Positions 17,337-26,790 of a stretch of DNA of 64,000 nt are shown here, one piece after another. This DNA comes from Acidobacterium sp. (GTDB lineage Bacteria; Acidobacteriota; Terriglobia; Terriglobales; Acidobacteriaceae), in contig PKVY01000103.1 of the NCBI GenBank assembly GCA_003131625.1, positions 25,365 to 89,364 on the forward strand. Reading direction: 5' to 3'. The position numbers and the translations under genes are program-made. Numbering within the stretch: position 1 is the stretch's first letter; the number at the start of each line of letters is the position of its first letter. The notes below the pieces were generated by a model. The model made no database searches and was not told where the DNA came from. It saw nothing but the letters and a program-made list of their open reading frames with translations.

Positions 17337-18464
17337 ATGTCTTCAACCAACAAATTTGTGCTTCGCGTACCTCTCGATGCATCGCGGGTTCCGGACTTCC
17401 TGCCCGACCGCTCCGTGAGCGTACTCGCCTGGCACAAGCAGGGCGTTCCCCAGCAACGTCTGGCGACCTTCAATCCGCAGGGCCAAGGCTCCGCCTCGTT
17501 TGAATTTCAGCAGCCGCCGGAATCCCTGCGTGTCGCGCTGGGACCGGAGACTGCTACGCCCGCCGACCTCCAGCGACTGCAGACCGTTTCTGTCGCCGTA
17601 CCAACTTCCTCCTGGCAAACAGCGTCCGAAGTTTCGCTCCCCGCTATTCAAATTTCCTCGTATCACTGGTGGTGGTGGCAGCACTGGCGCCAGACCTTCA
17701 AACTCACCGGCCGGGTTCTAACTTCGCGCGGCGTTCCCATCACCGGCGCAACTGTTTCCGCATTCGACATCGACGCATGGTGGTGGTGGACCGCGCAGGA
17801 GCAGGTGGGACGCGCGACCACCGACGACGATGGTTGCTTCGCCATCGACTTCACCCGCGGTTGCGGCTGGTGGCCGTGGTGGTGGTGGGTCACCCGTGAT
17901 TGGCAGGCCAATGCGGTGCTTGTCGACCAGGTCACCGCGTTCGTCCGCCAGTACCCCAGGTTGGCCGCGCTCGGGCCGGTAACCCCCATGCCCAGTCTCG
18001 ACGTCTTCCAGTCGCTGCTCGCCTCGGGTCCCCGGCCGATGCCGTCCAAATTCTCCACCAGCGTCTTCCAGCTCGGCCAGACCCTTGCCAACACTGCCAT
18101 CGATCCCGCCTCGCTCGAAAGTCTGCGCGAGCGGCTCATTGAAATCCTGCCCAAAAACTTTCCGCTTCCCATCTGGCCCTGGTCCGCGTGGTCTCCCTGG
18201 GAAGACTGCGGCGCCAACGTCCTGTTCAAAGTGACGGACACCTGCGCCGGTGAAACCAGGGTCCTGCTGAGCGAAACGGTGAGCGAGGCTCGCTGGGATA
18301 TTCCCTCGTCACTCGATGTCATGCTGACGACGCGCGAAGGCCGGTTCCGAGAGAAAACCCCGGGATGGACGCTGGTGGATTATCTCTTTCCGGCGAATCG
18401 TTCCGGCGCGTGGGGCAGCAGGGCCGGCAAAGAGATGGCAGCGCCACCGGGCAGACTGGCGTAA
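17337..18464 (+). CDS. hypothetical protein with three Trp clusters around a CarboxypepD_reg-like beta-sandwich segment
   Basis: GAAGGAG RBS before the ATG. Contains 'HWWWWQHW', 'AWWWWT' and 'GWWPWWWWVTRDW'. 'LTGRVLTSRGVPITGATV...TDDDGCFAIDF' resembles a carboxypeptidase-regulatory-like domain. Confidence 0.6.
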   Translation: MSSTNKFVLRVPLDASRVPDFLPDRSVSVLAWHKQGVPQQRLATFNPQGQGSASFEFQQPPESLRVALGPETATPADLQRLQTVSVAVPTSSWQTASEVSLPAIQISSYHWWWWQHWRQTFKLTGRVLTSRGVPITGATVSAFDIDAWWWWTAQEQVGRATTDDDGCFAIDFTRGCGWWPWWWWVTRDWQANAVLVDQVTAFVRQYPRLAALGPVTPMPSLDVFQSLLASGPRPMPSKFSTSVFQLGQTLANTAIDPASLESLRERLIEILPKNFPLPIWPWSAWSPWEDCGANVLFKVTDTCAGETRVLLSETVSEARWDIPSSLDVMLTTREGRFREKTPGWTLVDYLFPANRSGAWGSRAGKEMAAPPGRLA

Positions 18465-18551
18465 GTGGAAAGGATGAATTCAGGGCCATTTTTCAATGAC
18501 TGATCCCCCGGACTGCACGCCAGCCGGGAAATTCAATTGAACAGGAGTTTT

Positions 18552-18797
18552 ATGCATATCTTGACGGCAATATTTGACTTCCTTTTCGGATGCCGCCATG
18601 CGGACCTGAGCCGCGTGTTCACCATCGGCGGCCAGACCTATCGGGTGTGCTGCAATTGCGGCACAAGGTTCAGTTACTCGCTCTCCCGCATGCGCCTGGG
18701 GGCGCGATGTGCCGAGACGCCGGTTAGCCTTCCCATTTTCTCCAGGCTGGGACGCCGGCCCATCGCCGTTCTCTCCGAAGATTTCCAGATGGAATAG
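18552..18797 (+). CDS. small Cys-rich (zinc-ribbon-like) protein with hydrophobic N-terminus
   Basis: AGGAG lies 5 nt before ATG 18552. Sequence 'ILTAIFDFLFGCRH...YRVCCNCGTRFSY'. Confidence 0.45.
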   Translation: MHILTAIFDFLFGCRHADLSRVFTIGGQTYRVCCNCGTRFSYSLSRMRLGARCAETPVSLPIFSRLGRRPIAVLSEDFQME

Positions 18798-18835
18798 GAC
18801 TTGACTCGGCGAGGAGTTACGCGCGGAGCTCGTTC

Positions 18836-20065
18836 TCAGTTACAGGCCGTTGCGGAAGATTCCGCCTGAGAAAGACGGAATTCGTCGATGTAACTCCGCC
18901 ACGCATCCACTTTCTCTGACAGCCCCAAACTGTCGAGATAGCCAGCATCCAACGGGATGTCGCCGGCCTCCAGTGCGTCGCCGGATGCAATCGACAGGGC
19001 GTCTGCGCAGTGAACCGCGGTTAAGGGTGAAAAGCGCGCCTCGATGGCCTCCGATGGACGATGGTGAAACGCCACAGCGTGCACCAGGGAAATAGGTAGT
19101 CCCCACATGCTCATCAGATAGGCGCCTAACTGCGCGTGAGAACAGCCCAGAGCCTCGATCTCGAGGGCTTCGATGGAACGCGCGCAGCCCTCCGCATTCT
19201 TCAGAACTTCGCCGTACTCCTTGGGCTTCTCGGCGAGAAGAATGATCTTGCCGGCGTCGTGGAGCAGACCCGCCGCAAAGCACTCTTCGGCGAGTGACTT
19301 ATCGCCGGTTTCGTCCACCGCGATGCGCTGCGCGACGGAGGCGACGCAGACGCTGTGATCCCACAAGGCGGGAAGGGAACTGGCGACTGCGGATTTCCTG
19401 TCGAACTGAGAGAAGACGTGGATGGACAGGGTCAGGGTGCGGACCGTCTCGATCCCGATCAGCGAAACCGCCTGGCGCAGACTCGATACGCGGCCGTGCA
19501 CCCCGATGAATGCGGAGTTCGCCAGCTGAAGAATCTTCGACGCCATGCCAATGTCGCGCGCGATGATCTGCTCAATTTGCCCGAGCGATGCGGTTTCCGA
19601 GCGCAGGGCCACCGTCAGTTCGTTGTAGATGGCCGGCAAGCTGGGGATCGAGCGCAGTCGGGCAATGGCGGCGGCGATGGCCGGGTTCGTGACCAGATCG
19701 CGCGAGGCAAAGGCCTGGTTGAGACGCAGCTTGAGCTCCCGGATATCGCACGGCTTCGCCAGGTACTGATGCGCGGGGGCGATGGAGCGAAGCACGGCCT
19801 CTTTTTCCGACTGCCCGGACAAGATGATTCTGACGACCTGCGGGTAGCGATCCTTGATGCAATCCAGCAGCAGAGCGCCGTCCATGGAGGGCATGCGCAT
19901 GTCGGTAATCACCGCATCGAAGCGTTCCTTTTCGAGCGCCTGCAGGGCGGCGTAAGCGCCGGGAGCGAAGTGCATGTCCCATTCCTGGCGCATGTCGTGC
20001 AGAGCTCGCCGGAGCCCGGCGAGGACCAGGGCGTCGTCGTCGACGAAGAGCAGGCGTTTCAGCAT
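18836..20065 (-). CDS. response regulator, receiver + HDOD domain
   Basis: REC 'LLFVDDD...VITDMRMPSMDG...LAKP', then HDOD-like 'LPSLPAIYNEL...IIARDIGMASKILQLANSAF'. The start overlaps the kinase stop (ATGCTGA). Confidence 0.8.
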   Translation of the reverse strand: MLKRLLFVDDDALVLAGLRRALHDMRQEWDMHFAPGAYAALQALEKERFDAVITDMRMPSMDGALLLDCIKDRYPQVVRIILSGQSEKEAVLRSIAPAHQYLAKPCDIRELKLRLNQAFASRDLVTNPAIAAAIARLRSIPSLPAIYNELTVALRSETASLGQIEQIIARDIGMASKILQLANSAFIGVHGRVSSLRQAVSLIGIETVRTLTLSIHVFSQFDRKSAVASSLPALWDHSVCVASVAQRIAVDETGDKSLAEECFAAGLLHDAGKIILLAEKPKEYGEVLKNAEGCARSIEALEIEALGCSHAQLGAYLMSMWGLPISLVHAVAFHHRPSEAIEARFSPLTAVHCADALSIASGDALEAGDIPLDAGYLDSLGLSEKVDAWRSYIDEFRLSQAESSATACN

Positions 20066-22377
20066 CGGTTTTTCTCAGCTCCGCAGGCAGAACCGATGGG
20101 GAGGTGGATAAAGAACGTCGTGCCAGCGCCCATTTCTGTCTCGCACCAGATCTTTCCCTGGTGTTTTTTCACGACGACGCTGTGTGCCAGAGCCAGGCCC
20201 TGCCCGGTACCCGCGCCAACCTCCTTCGTAGTGAAGAAGGGCTCGAAAATCCGCGTGCGAATCTCCGGGGGGATTCCTGTGCCGGTGTCGGATACGGCGA
20301 TCTCCGCAAACGGTCCGCAAGTCCTGGTGCGAACCACGATTTGTCCCTTACCGGTTCCCTTCAGCTTCTGCCGGATGGCGTGCGCCGCGTTGACGATCAG
20401 GTTGAGGACCACCTGATTGACGTCGCCGGGATAGCAGAGAACGCGCGGAAGCGCCTCGTCAAAATCCGTGGTCAGGTCCGCTACGTATTTCCACTCGTTG
20501 TGGGCGATGGTGATGGTCGATGTGATCCCCTGGTTGAGATCGGCTTCCGCCTTTTCGGCAAGGTCCGGGTGAGAGAATTCCTTCACGGCGCGAACGATCT
20601 TCGCGATGCGTCGTACTCCTTCGAGACTCTGCGTGATGGCGCGCGGAACCTCTGCGCCGATGAATTCCAGGTCGCACACTCTTTCCGCTTCGGTCAGATC
20701 GCGGATGGCGTCCGCGGAGAATCTCTCCGAATCTTCCCGGACCGCCTTCCTGTAGAGTTCCAGCAATCCGAGTGCAGCCTCGCAGGACTCGCGAAGAAAG
20801 GTGAGGTTATCGGTGACGAATTGCGTGGGCGTATTGATCTCATGGGCAATGCCGGCGGCCAGCTGGCCGATTCCTTCCAGCTTCTGGGCCTGGCGAAGGT
20901 CGCCTTCGAGTGCGCGACGCTCCGTGATGTCTTCCTTGACGGCCAGGAAATGGGTGATCGACCCATTCGCGTCCACGATGGGCGACAGGACCGCCGACTC
21001 CCAGTAAAGCTCGCCATTTTTCTTTCTGTTACGAAATTCGCCCCGCCACTCCTTTCCAGCCAGGATGGTGGCCCAGAGGGTTTCGTACATGTGGGGGGGC
21101 GAATAGCCGGAATTGAGGATGCGCGGGTTCTTACCCCGCACTTCTTCGAGGGTGTAGCCCGTGCATTCAGTAAACTTCCGATTCGTATAACGAATATCGC
21201 CGTGCGTATCGGCGATGACCACGGAAACCGGGCTCTGCTCGACGGCGGCGGAGAGCTGGCGCAGAGTGTCTTCGTGGTGCCTGCGCTCGGTCATGTCGCG
21301 GAAGCTCCAGATGCGGCCGTAGTACTGGCCCTCGGCGGCCGTTACGGGAGAAGAATAGCGGTCCAGGATGGTCCCGTCCCTGAGTTCGATTTCATCCCGG
21401 CTGGTTTCCTCCGGATGACTGTAAAGTTCCCGGACCCGGTTCACGAACGATGCGGGGTCCTTGGTTCTCTGGGTGACGTGGCGGAGAACCGGCTCGTCGT
21501 CCGGGCCGGATGCCAGTGCGGCAGGGATTGCGAAGATCTCATTGAAGCGGCGGTTCTGCAGGATGCGCCGCCCGGCTGCGTCCACAACGAGGATGCCATC
21601 GATGGTTGAATTCGCCTGCGCCTCGAGAAAAGCGGTCTTCGCCTGCAGCTCGAGCTCAGACCATTTCCGCCGGGAGACGTCGCAGATCACCCCATCGGCG
21701 ATCGTGACGCCGTTCTCCTGCCAGGGGCCCATGGCCCGGTTGTGAAGCCAGATCCAGGTGTCGTCCTTGCGCTGAAAGCGAAACTCCTCATCCAGGGACG
21801 CGCCTTGGGAAAAGAGCGCCTGGGTGGCTTCCAGAACGCGGGACAGATCGTCGGGGTGGACGCGCGAGAGAAGAAACGGCGAGCCCCCGGCGTAAATCTC
21901 CTGAGAGGTGTACCCGGTCCAGTCCGCGACCTTGGGGCTGATATAAATCATGCGGCCGTTCTCATCCCCGGTCCACGCGACGTCGGGTTGATTGGTGAGG
22001 ATACGGCGAAACTTCTCTTCGCTCCGCTCCAGCCGGGCTCTGGTTTCCCTGGCGGTGCTCCGCATAGAGCTCACCCAGGCGGCGGCCAGGGCGCTCAGCA
22101 GAAACGGCAGCACTTCCGGTCCGGCCTCTGGGCTGATTCCGAGGGTGTGGAGCGGAGGCAGAAAGAAGTAGTCGAGTACCAGAGGCGCAACGCCAGCCGC
22201 TAACAAACCTGGCCCCCGGCCGCCCAGCCATCCGCTGGCAACAATGGCGGCGAGGAACAGATAGTCGACGCTGTGCGGAATGATGGAGTGGACCAGCTCG
22301 GACAACAGCAGCGCGAGGCCGACGAGGACCACCGCCAGCCCGTAGCGGACAATTCTGCTTCCTGGTGCGCGCCTCAC
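20059..22377 (-). CDS. sensor histidine kinase (DUF4118-like membrane module, 3 PAS, HK core)
   Basis: N-terminal TM region resembles the KdpD membrane module. Has PAS repeats, H-box 'GIAHEINTPTQFV' and ATPase boxes 'LIVNAAHA', 'DTGTGIP', 'GAGTGQGLA'. GTG start. Confidence 0.8.
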   Translation of the reverse strand: MRRAPGSRIVRYGLAVVLVGLALLLSELVHSIIPHSVDYLFLAAIVASGWLGGRGPGLLAAGVAPLVLDYFFLPPLHTLGISPEAGPEVLPFLLSALAAAWVSSMRSTARETRARLERSEEKFRRILTNQPDVAWTGDENGRMIYISPKVADWTGYTSQEIYAGGSPFLLSRVHPDDLSRVLEATQALFSQGASLDEEFRFQRKDDTWIWLHNRAMGPWQENGVTIADGVICDVSRRKWSELELQAKTAFLEAQANSTIDGILVVDAAGRRILQNRRFNEIFAIPAALASGPDDEPVLRHVTQRTKDPASFVNRVRELYSHPEETSRDEIELRDGTILDRYSSPVTAAEGQYYGRIWSFRDMTERRHHEDTLRQLSAAVEQSPVSVVIADTHGDIRYTNRKFTECTGYTLEEVRGKNPRILNSGYSPPHMYETLWATILAGKEWRGEFRNRKKNGELYWESAVLSPIVDANGSITHFLAVKEDITERRALEGDLRQAQKLEGIGQLAAGIAHEINTPTQFVTDNLTFLRESCEAALGLLELYRKAVREDSERFSADAIRDLTEAERVCDLEFIGAEVPRAITQSLEGVRRIAKIVRAVKEFSHPDLAEKAEADLNQGITSTITIAHNEWKYVADLTTDFDEALPRVLCYPGDVNQVVLNLIVNAAHAIRQKLKGTGKGQIVVRTRTCGPFAEIAVSDTGTGIPPEIRTRIFEPFFTTKEVGAGTGQGLALAHSVVVKKHQGKIWCETEMGAGTTFFIHLPIGSACGAEKNRC

Positions 22378-22613
22378 AAGGCGTTTATCGGCTCGATCTT
22401 CGACGCCATGACGGATCCTGGCCCGCTGGCCATCCTGTCAGGACCTCGGCTCGTGTTTTCGCTGGGTTCGCCGATATCCGTACCAGCTTCCCGTCCGGGT
22501 GGAGTCGACGCCGCGCGCGTCACCGCAAGTCGGACTTTCCCGGGGGACGGGTGGCCCCCGGCTGGTTGAGTCGGGAACGGACTCGATGCGCGAGTTCCGG
22601 GGAGGCAGCATTG

Positions 22614-23564
22614 GTGAAGGAAAAGATCCTGTGTGTCGACGACGAAGCGTCGGCGCTGGAGGGATACCAGAGAATCCTGCACCGGCAGTTCGAGGTCACC
22701 ACCGCGGTCAGCGGCGCGCAGGGGCTCGCCATCCTCCAGAAGTGGGGCCCTTTCGCCGTGGTCATATCGGATATGCGGATGCCGGGCATGAACGGCGCGG
22801 AGTTCCTCGCCCAGGTGCGGGAGAGGGCGCCGGAAACGGTGCGGATGCTGCTGACCGGCTACTCCGACATGAAGGCGGCTATCGACGCGGTGAACAAGGG
22901 ACGGATCCTGCAGTTCCTGACCAAGCCCTGCGAGCGCGATGTGCTGATCGCCGCGATCAACACCGGAGTGGCTCAGTATCGCAGCCAGACAGCGGAGAGA
23001 GAGATGGTGAAGAACGCGGAGAAAATGGGGCGCTCGAAGTCGGACTGGGAAGCCGTGGATTTCGATCGATGGGAGCACTTTGAGAGTTCCGCAGGCCTGC
23101 CCGGCCCCGCGCAGGCCCGAGCGCACCTTCTGCCGCGGGTGGGAACGGACGCTCAATGCTATGTCGCGCTGCTCAAGCTCACCGTCCTGCGCACCGTCGA
23201 AGAGCGTTACGGAGAGAAAGCTGCCGGCGACTACCTGGGAACGGTCGCCCAGCTGCTGACGCGGGCGCTCGGTGCTGACGATCAGCTCTTCCACTGGAGC
23301 CGGGACGTTCTGATGGCCGTGTTGCGGCGGCATATCTCTCCCGCCGCGGTCAGGATGGAGATGGAGCGGCTGGTCGCCGAGGCGCGGGAATACGTCATCG
23401 AAGTGAGCGGCAGGCGGATGATGATCGCCTGCCTGATCGCCTTCGACCTTCTGCCGGCAGCGCAGTTTCCGGGATTCAGCGACCTGCTGGCGGCCTTCGA
23501 TGCCGGGCTGGCCGGAGGTCTGCGCCGCGAGCGCCCCGACGACCAAGGGACGGCGCATGGATGA
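22614..23564 (+). CDS. response regulator, receiver + degenerate GGDEF-like domain
   Basis: GGAGG lies 8 nt before GTG 22614. REC 'ILCVDDE...VISDMRMPGMNG...LTKP'. The C-terminal region follows the GGDEF-fold spacing, but the signature position reads 'HWSRDVL'. Confidence 0.7.
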   Translation: MKEKILCVDDEASALEGYQRILHRQFEVTTAVSGAQGLAILQKWGPFAVVISDMRMPGMNGAEFLAQVRERAPETVRMLLTGYSDMKAAIDAVNKGRILQFLTKPCERDVLIAAINTGVAQYRSQTAEREMVKNAEKMGRSKSDWEAVDFDRWEHFESSAGLPGPAQARAHLLPRVGTDAQCYVALLKLTVLRTVEERYGEKAAGDYLGTVAQLLTRALGADDQLFHWSRDVLMAVLRRHISPAAVRMEMERLVAEAREYVIEVSGRRMMIACLIAFDLLPAAQFPGFSDLLAAFDAGLAGGLRRERPDDQGTAHG

Positions 23565-26500
23565 AGCTTTCCTCAACCCCGAAGCCGCGTGCGCCCGCTT
23601 GCCCCGGGATGCGGGCGACCTCACCGTCCCGCAACTTCTGGCGGAGCGAAAGGTCGCCGAAGCCGCTCTGCGGGAAGCGCGCGCCAAACTGCAGGCGGTT
23701 TTCGAAGGAGTGGAGACAGGAATCTTCGTCATCGATCCGGAATCGCACCGGATCGTCGACGCCAATCCCGTCGCGCTGGAACTGACCGGCGCGCCGCGCG
23801 AGAAGATGGTGGGCGCGGTGTGTCACAAATTCGTATGCCCGGCAGAACAGGGGCGCTGCCCGGTCACGGATCTGGGGCAGACGGTGGACAACTCGGAGCG
23901 CGTGCTGCTCACGGTGCAGGGGGAGAAGCGCTCGATTATCAAGACGGTAAGGCCGGTCGAAATCGACGGACGCCGCTATCTTCTGGAAAGTTTTCTCGAT
24001 ATTTCGCAGCGCAAGCGCGCGGAAAAGGCGCTCGAAGAGCAGACCGCCTATCTGAATACGCTGTTTGAAACCAGCCCTCTGGGCATCGTGGTTCTGGACG
24101 AAGACGAGCGGATTCAGATGTCGAATACGGCGCTGGAGCGGCTTTTCCTCTACTCGCGGGAGGAAATGAAGGGCCAGCGTCTGAGCGACTTACTCGTCCC
24201 TGACGATCTGGCTTCCGATGCCGGCCACTTCACCCAGGAATGTCTGGCCGGGAGGGGCGCGCACTTCACCAGCCAGCGCCGCCGCAAAGACAACGTGCTG
24301 GTAGACGTGGAGATCTTCGGAGTGCCGCTGGTCATCGCGGGCCGGCCGCGGGGAATCCTGGCGCTTTACCAGGACGTCACCGGGCGCCGGCAGGCGGAAG
24401 CGGAGCGGGCGGAACGCCATCGCCTGGCAACCCTGGCGGCCGAAGTTGGGCTGGCGCTCACCGGAGCCGAGGACCTGAGCGAGGGGCTGCAGCAATGCGT
24501 GGATGCGCTGATTCGCAACACGGACATCGCCTTTGCGCAGATCTGGACCGGCAACGAGAAGGAGCACCGTCTCGAGCTGCAGGCCAGCGCGGATATCCAG
24601 CTGAATTGCGGTCCCGATCGCCTGCGCATGGACCGTTCCAGACTCGAGCGCATTGCCGAAACCGGCGTAACCCAGCTGGACAACGCCTTTGCGGGCTATC
24701 CCCTCAAGGTTCGGGAACAGGTATTGGGGGTGGCGGCTGCCTTTTCCTGTCAGCCGCTGACCGAGGCCGCGCTGCAGGCATTCGAATCCGTGGTCCACAG
24801 CATCGCCCAGTTCGTGGAACGCAAGCGGGCGCAGGAATCCCTGCGTGAAAGCGAAGATCGATTCCGCACCGCGTTTGAAGAGGCTCCCCATGGCATGTGC
24901 ATGACCGGACTGGACGGACGTTTTCTGCATGCCAATGCGGCGCTGTGCCAGATGCTGGGCTACACAGCGGAGGAGTTGCTGGCCGGGGCCTGGCAGGGAA
25001 TCACCCACCCGGACGATCTGGAACGTTCGCGTCAGGTGAGGATTGAATTCGGCAAGGGCGTGGCGACCACGCTGGGGCTGGAAAAGCGGTACGTCCACAA
25101 ACGAGGGAACGCTGTATGGGTGAACGTGACGATTTCCGTGGTGAAGGACGGCTCCGGGAATCCCTCGCATTTTATTACCCAGGTGGAGGACATCACCCTG
25201 CGTAAGCAGGCCGACGAGGCGCAGGCCTTTCTGGTCTCGCTGGTGGAGTCCTCCCAGGACGCCATTATCGGCACCACACCGGAGGGCGTGGTCGTCAGCT
25301 GGAACCGAGGGGCCGCGGAGCTGTATGGGTACAGCGCCGGGGAGATGATCGGGAAGACGGCCGCGGTGGTGATTCCCCCGGAATGCCCCGACGAACTGTC
25401 CTCCATTTTGCGGACGATTCAGCGGCGAGAAGGAGTGGCCAGCCACGAGACAGTGAGGATCCGCAAGGATGGGCGGTCGGTAGAGATATCGCTGAATACC
25501 TCGCCGGTCTTCGACGCGGCCGGGAAGATTACCGGAGCGGTGCATATCGCCAGGGACATCACGCGCCGCAAGGTTGCCGAGGAACGGCTGCGCGCTTCGG
25601 AAGAGCGCTATCGGGAGCTGTTCGAAAACGCCAGCGACCTGGTGTACACCTTCGATCTCGACATGTGCATCACCTCGCTCAACCGCGTCGCCAAGGCGAC
25701 GATGGGGTATGCCGGGGAGGAAGCGATCGGGATGGACCTGCGGCAGCTCGTCGATGCTGAGCCGTGGAGGCGCGTCGAGGAAGCCGTGGATCGGCTGGTA
25801 GCAGGGCATCCCGCGGCGAAAATCGAGCTGGAGATCAGAGCCAAAGAGGGGCGGCGAGTGACGCTGGAAATGAATCCGCGCCTGATTTACAGGGACGGCA
25901 GGGCGGTGGGAATCCAGGCGATTGCGCGCGACATCACCGGGCGCGACGCGGCGGAGATGGAACTGCGCCAGGCCCAGAAGCTGGAATCGGTGGGCCGACT
26001 GGCGTCGGGGATCGCTCACGAAATCAATACTCCGATGCAGTTTGTAGGCGACAATGTGCGCTTCCTCCAGGATACGTTCGGAGAAGTGCAGGCTCTCATC
26101 GGCAAGGTGCATGAACTCTGCCAGCCCACCGCGAGCGCAGACCTGCCTGCGGAGCTGCGTCGCCTCGAGGCAGAACTCGATTGCGATTACCTGCTGAAGG
26201 AAATTCCCGAGGCGCTGACCCAGACCCTCGAGGGAGTGGACAGGGTGGTCACGATCGTGCGCGCGATGAAAGAATTCGCGCACCCCGAAAACAAGGGCAT
26301 GGTTCCGGCGGATCTGAACAAGGCTCTTCTGAATACGCTGACCGTCGCGCGCAATGAACTCAAGTATGTTGCCGACGTGGAAACCCAGTTCGGAGACTTG
26401 CCGCTGGTGGTTTGCAGTTTGAGCGATCTGAATCAGGTCTTCGTGAACCTGCTGGTCAATGCCGCCCACGCCATTGCGGAAGCGGTGGAGGGAACCGGAA

Positions 26501-26790
26501 AAAGAGGCAGGATCCTGATCCAGACAGGCCAGGAGGGCCCGATGGCGCAGATTACCATCGCGGACACCGGCGCGGGCATTCCGGAGGGGATTCGCGACCG
26601 GATTTTCGATCCTTTTTTCACGACCAAGGAAGTGGGCCGCGGAACCGGCCAGGGATTAGCGATTGCGCGGTCCGTGGTCGACCGCCATAAGGGAACCCTG
26701 ACCTTTGAGAGCGAAGTAGGGAAGGGGACGACCTTCCTGATTCGCCTCCCGATCGAAGGCTCCGAGGCCTCGGCATTGCCTGCACAGTAG
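23557..26790 (+). CDS. multi-PAS/GAF sensor histidine kinase
   Basis: ATG 23557 overlaps the upstream TGA (ATGGATGA). Several PAS units and a GAF-like segment. H-box 'GIAHEINTPMQFV' and ATPase boxes 'LLVNAAHA', 'DTGAGIP', 'GRGTGQGLA'. Confidence 0.8.
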   Translation: MDEAFLNPEAACARLPRDAGDLTVPQLLAERKVAEAALREARAKLQAVFEGVETGIFVIDPESHRIVDANPVALELTGAPREKMVGAVCHKFVCPAEQGRCPVTDLGQTVDNSERVLLTVQGEKRSIIKTVRPVEIDGRRYLLESFLDISQRKRAEKALEEQTAYLNTLFETSPLGIVVLDEDERIQMSNTALERLFLYSREEMKGQRLSDLLVPDDLASDAGHFTQECLAGRGAHFTSQRRRKDNVLVDVEIFGVPLVIAGRPRGILALYQDVTGRRQAEAERAERHRLATLAAEVGLALTGAEDLSEGLQQCVDALIRNTDIAFAQIWTGNEKEHRLELQASADIQLNCGPDRLRMDRSRLERIAETGVTQLDNAFAGYPLKVREQVLGVAAAFSCQPLTEAALQAFESVVHSIAQFVERKRAQESLRESEDRFRTAFEEAPHGMCMTGLDGRFLHANAALCQMLGYTAEELLAGAWQGITHPDDLERSRQVRIEFGKGVATTLGLEKRYVHKRGNAVWVNVTISVVKDGSGNPSHFITQVEDITLRKQADEAQAFLVSLVESSQDAIIGTTPEGVVVSWNRGAAELYGYSAGEMIGKTAAVVIPPECPDELSSILRTIQRREGVASHETVRIRKDGRSVEISLNTSPVFDAAGKITGAVHIARDITRRKVAEERLRASEERYRELFENASDLVYTFDLDMCITSLNRVAKATMGYAGEEAIGMDLRQLVDAEPWRRVEEAVDRLVAGHPAAKIELEIRAKEGRRVTLEMNPRLIYRDGRAVGIQAIARDITGRDAAEMELRQAQKLESVGRLASGIAHEINTPMQFVGDNVRFLQDTFGEVQALIGKVHELCQPTASADLPAELRRLEAELDCDYLLKEIPEALTQTLEGVDRVVTIVRAMKEFAHPENKGMVPADLNKALLNTLTVARNELKYVADVETQFGDLPLVVCSLSDLNQVFVNLLVNAAHAIAEAVEGTGKRGRILIQTGQEGPMAQITIADTGAGIPEGIRDRIFDPFFTTKEVGRGTGQGLAIARSVVDRHKGTLTFESEVGKGTTFLIRLPIEGSEASALPAQ

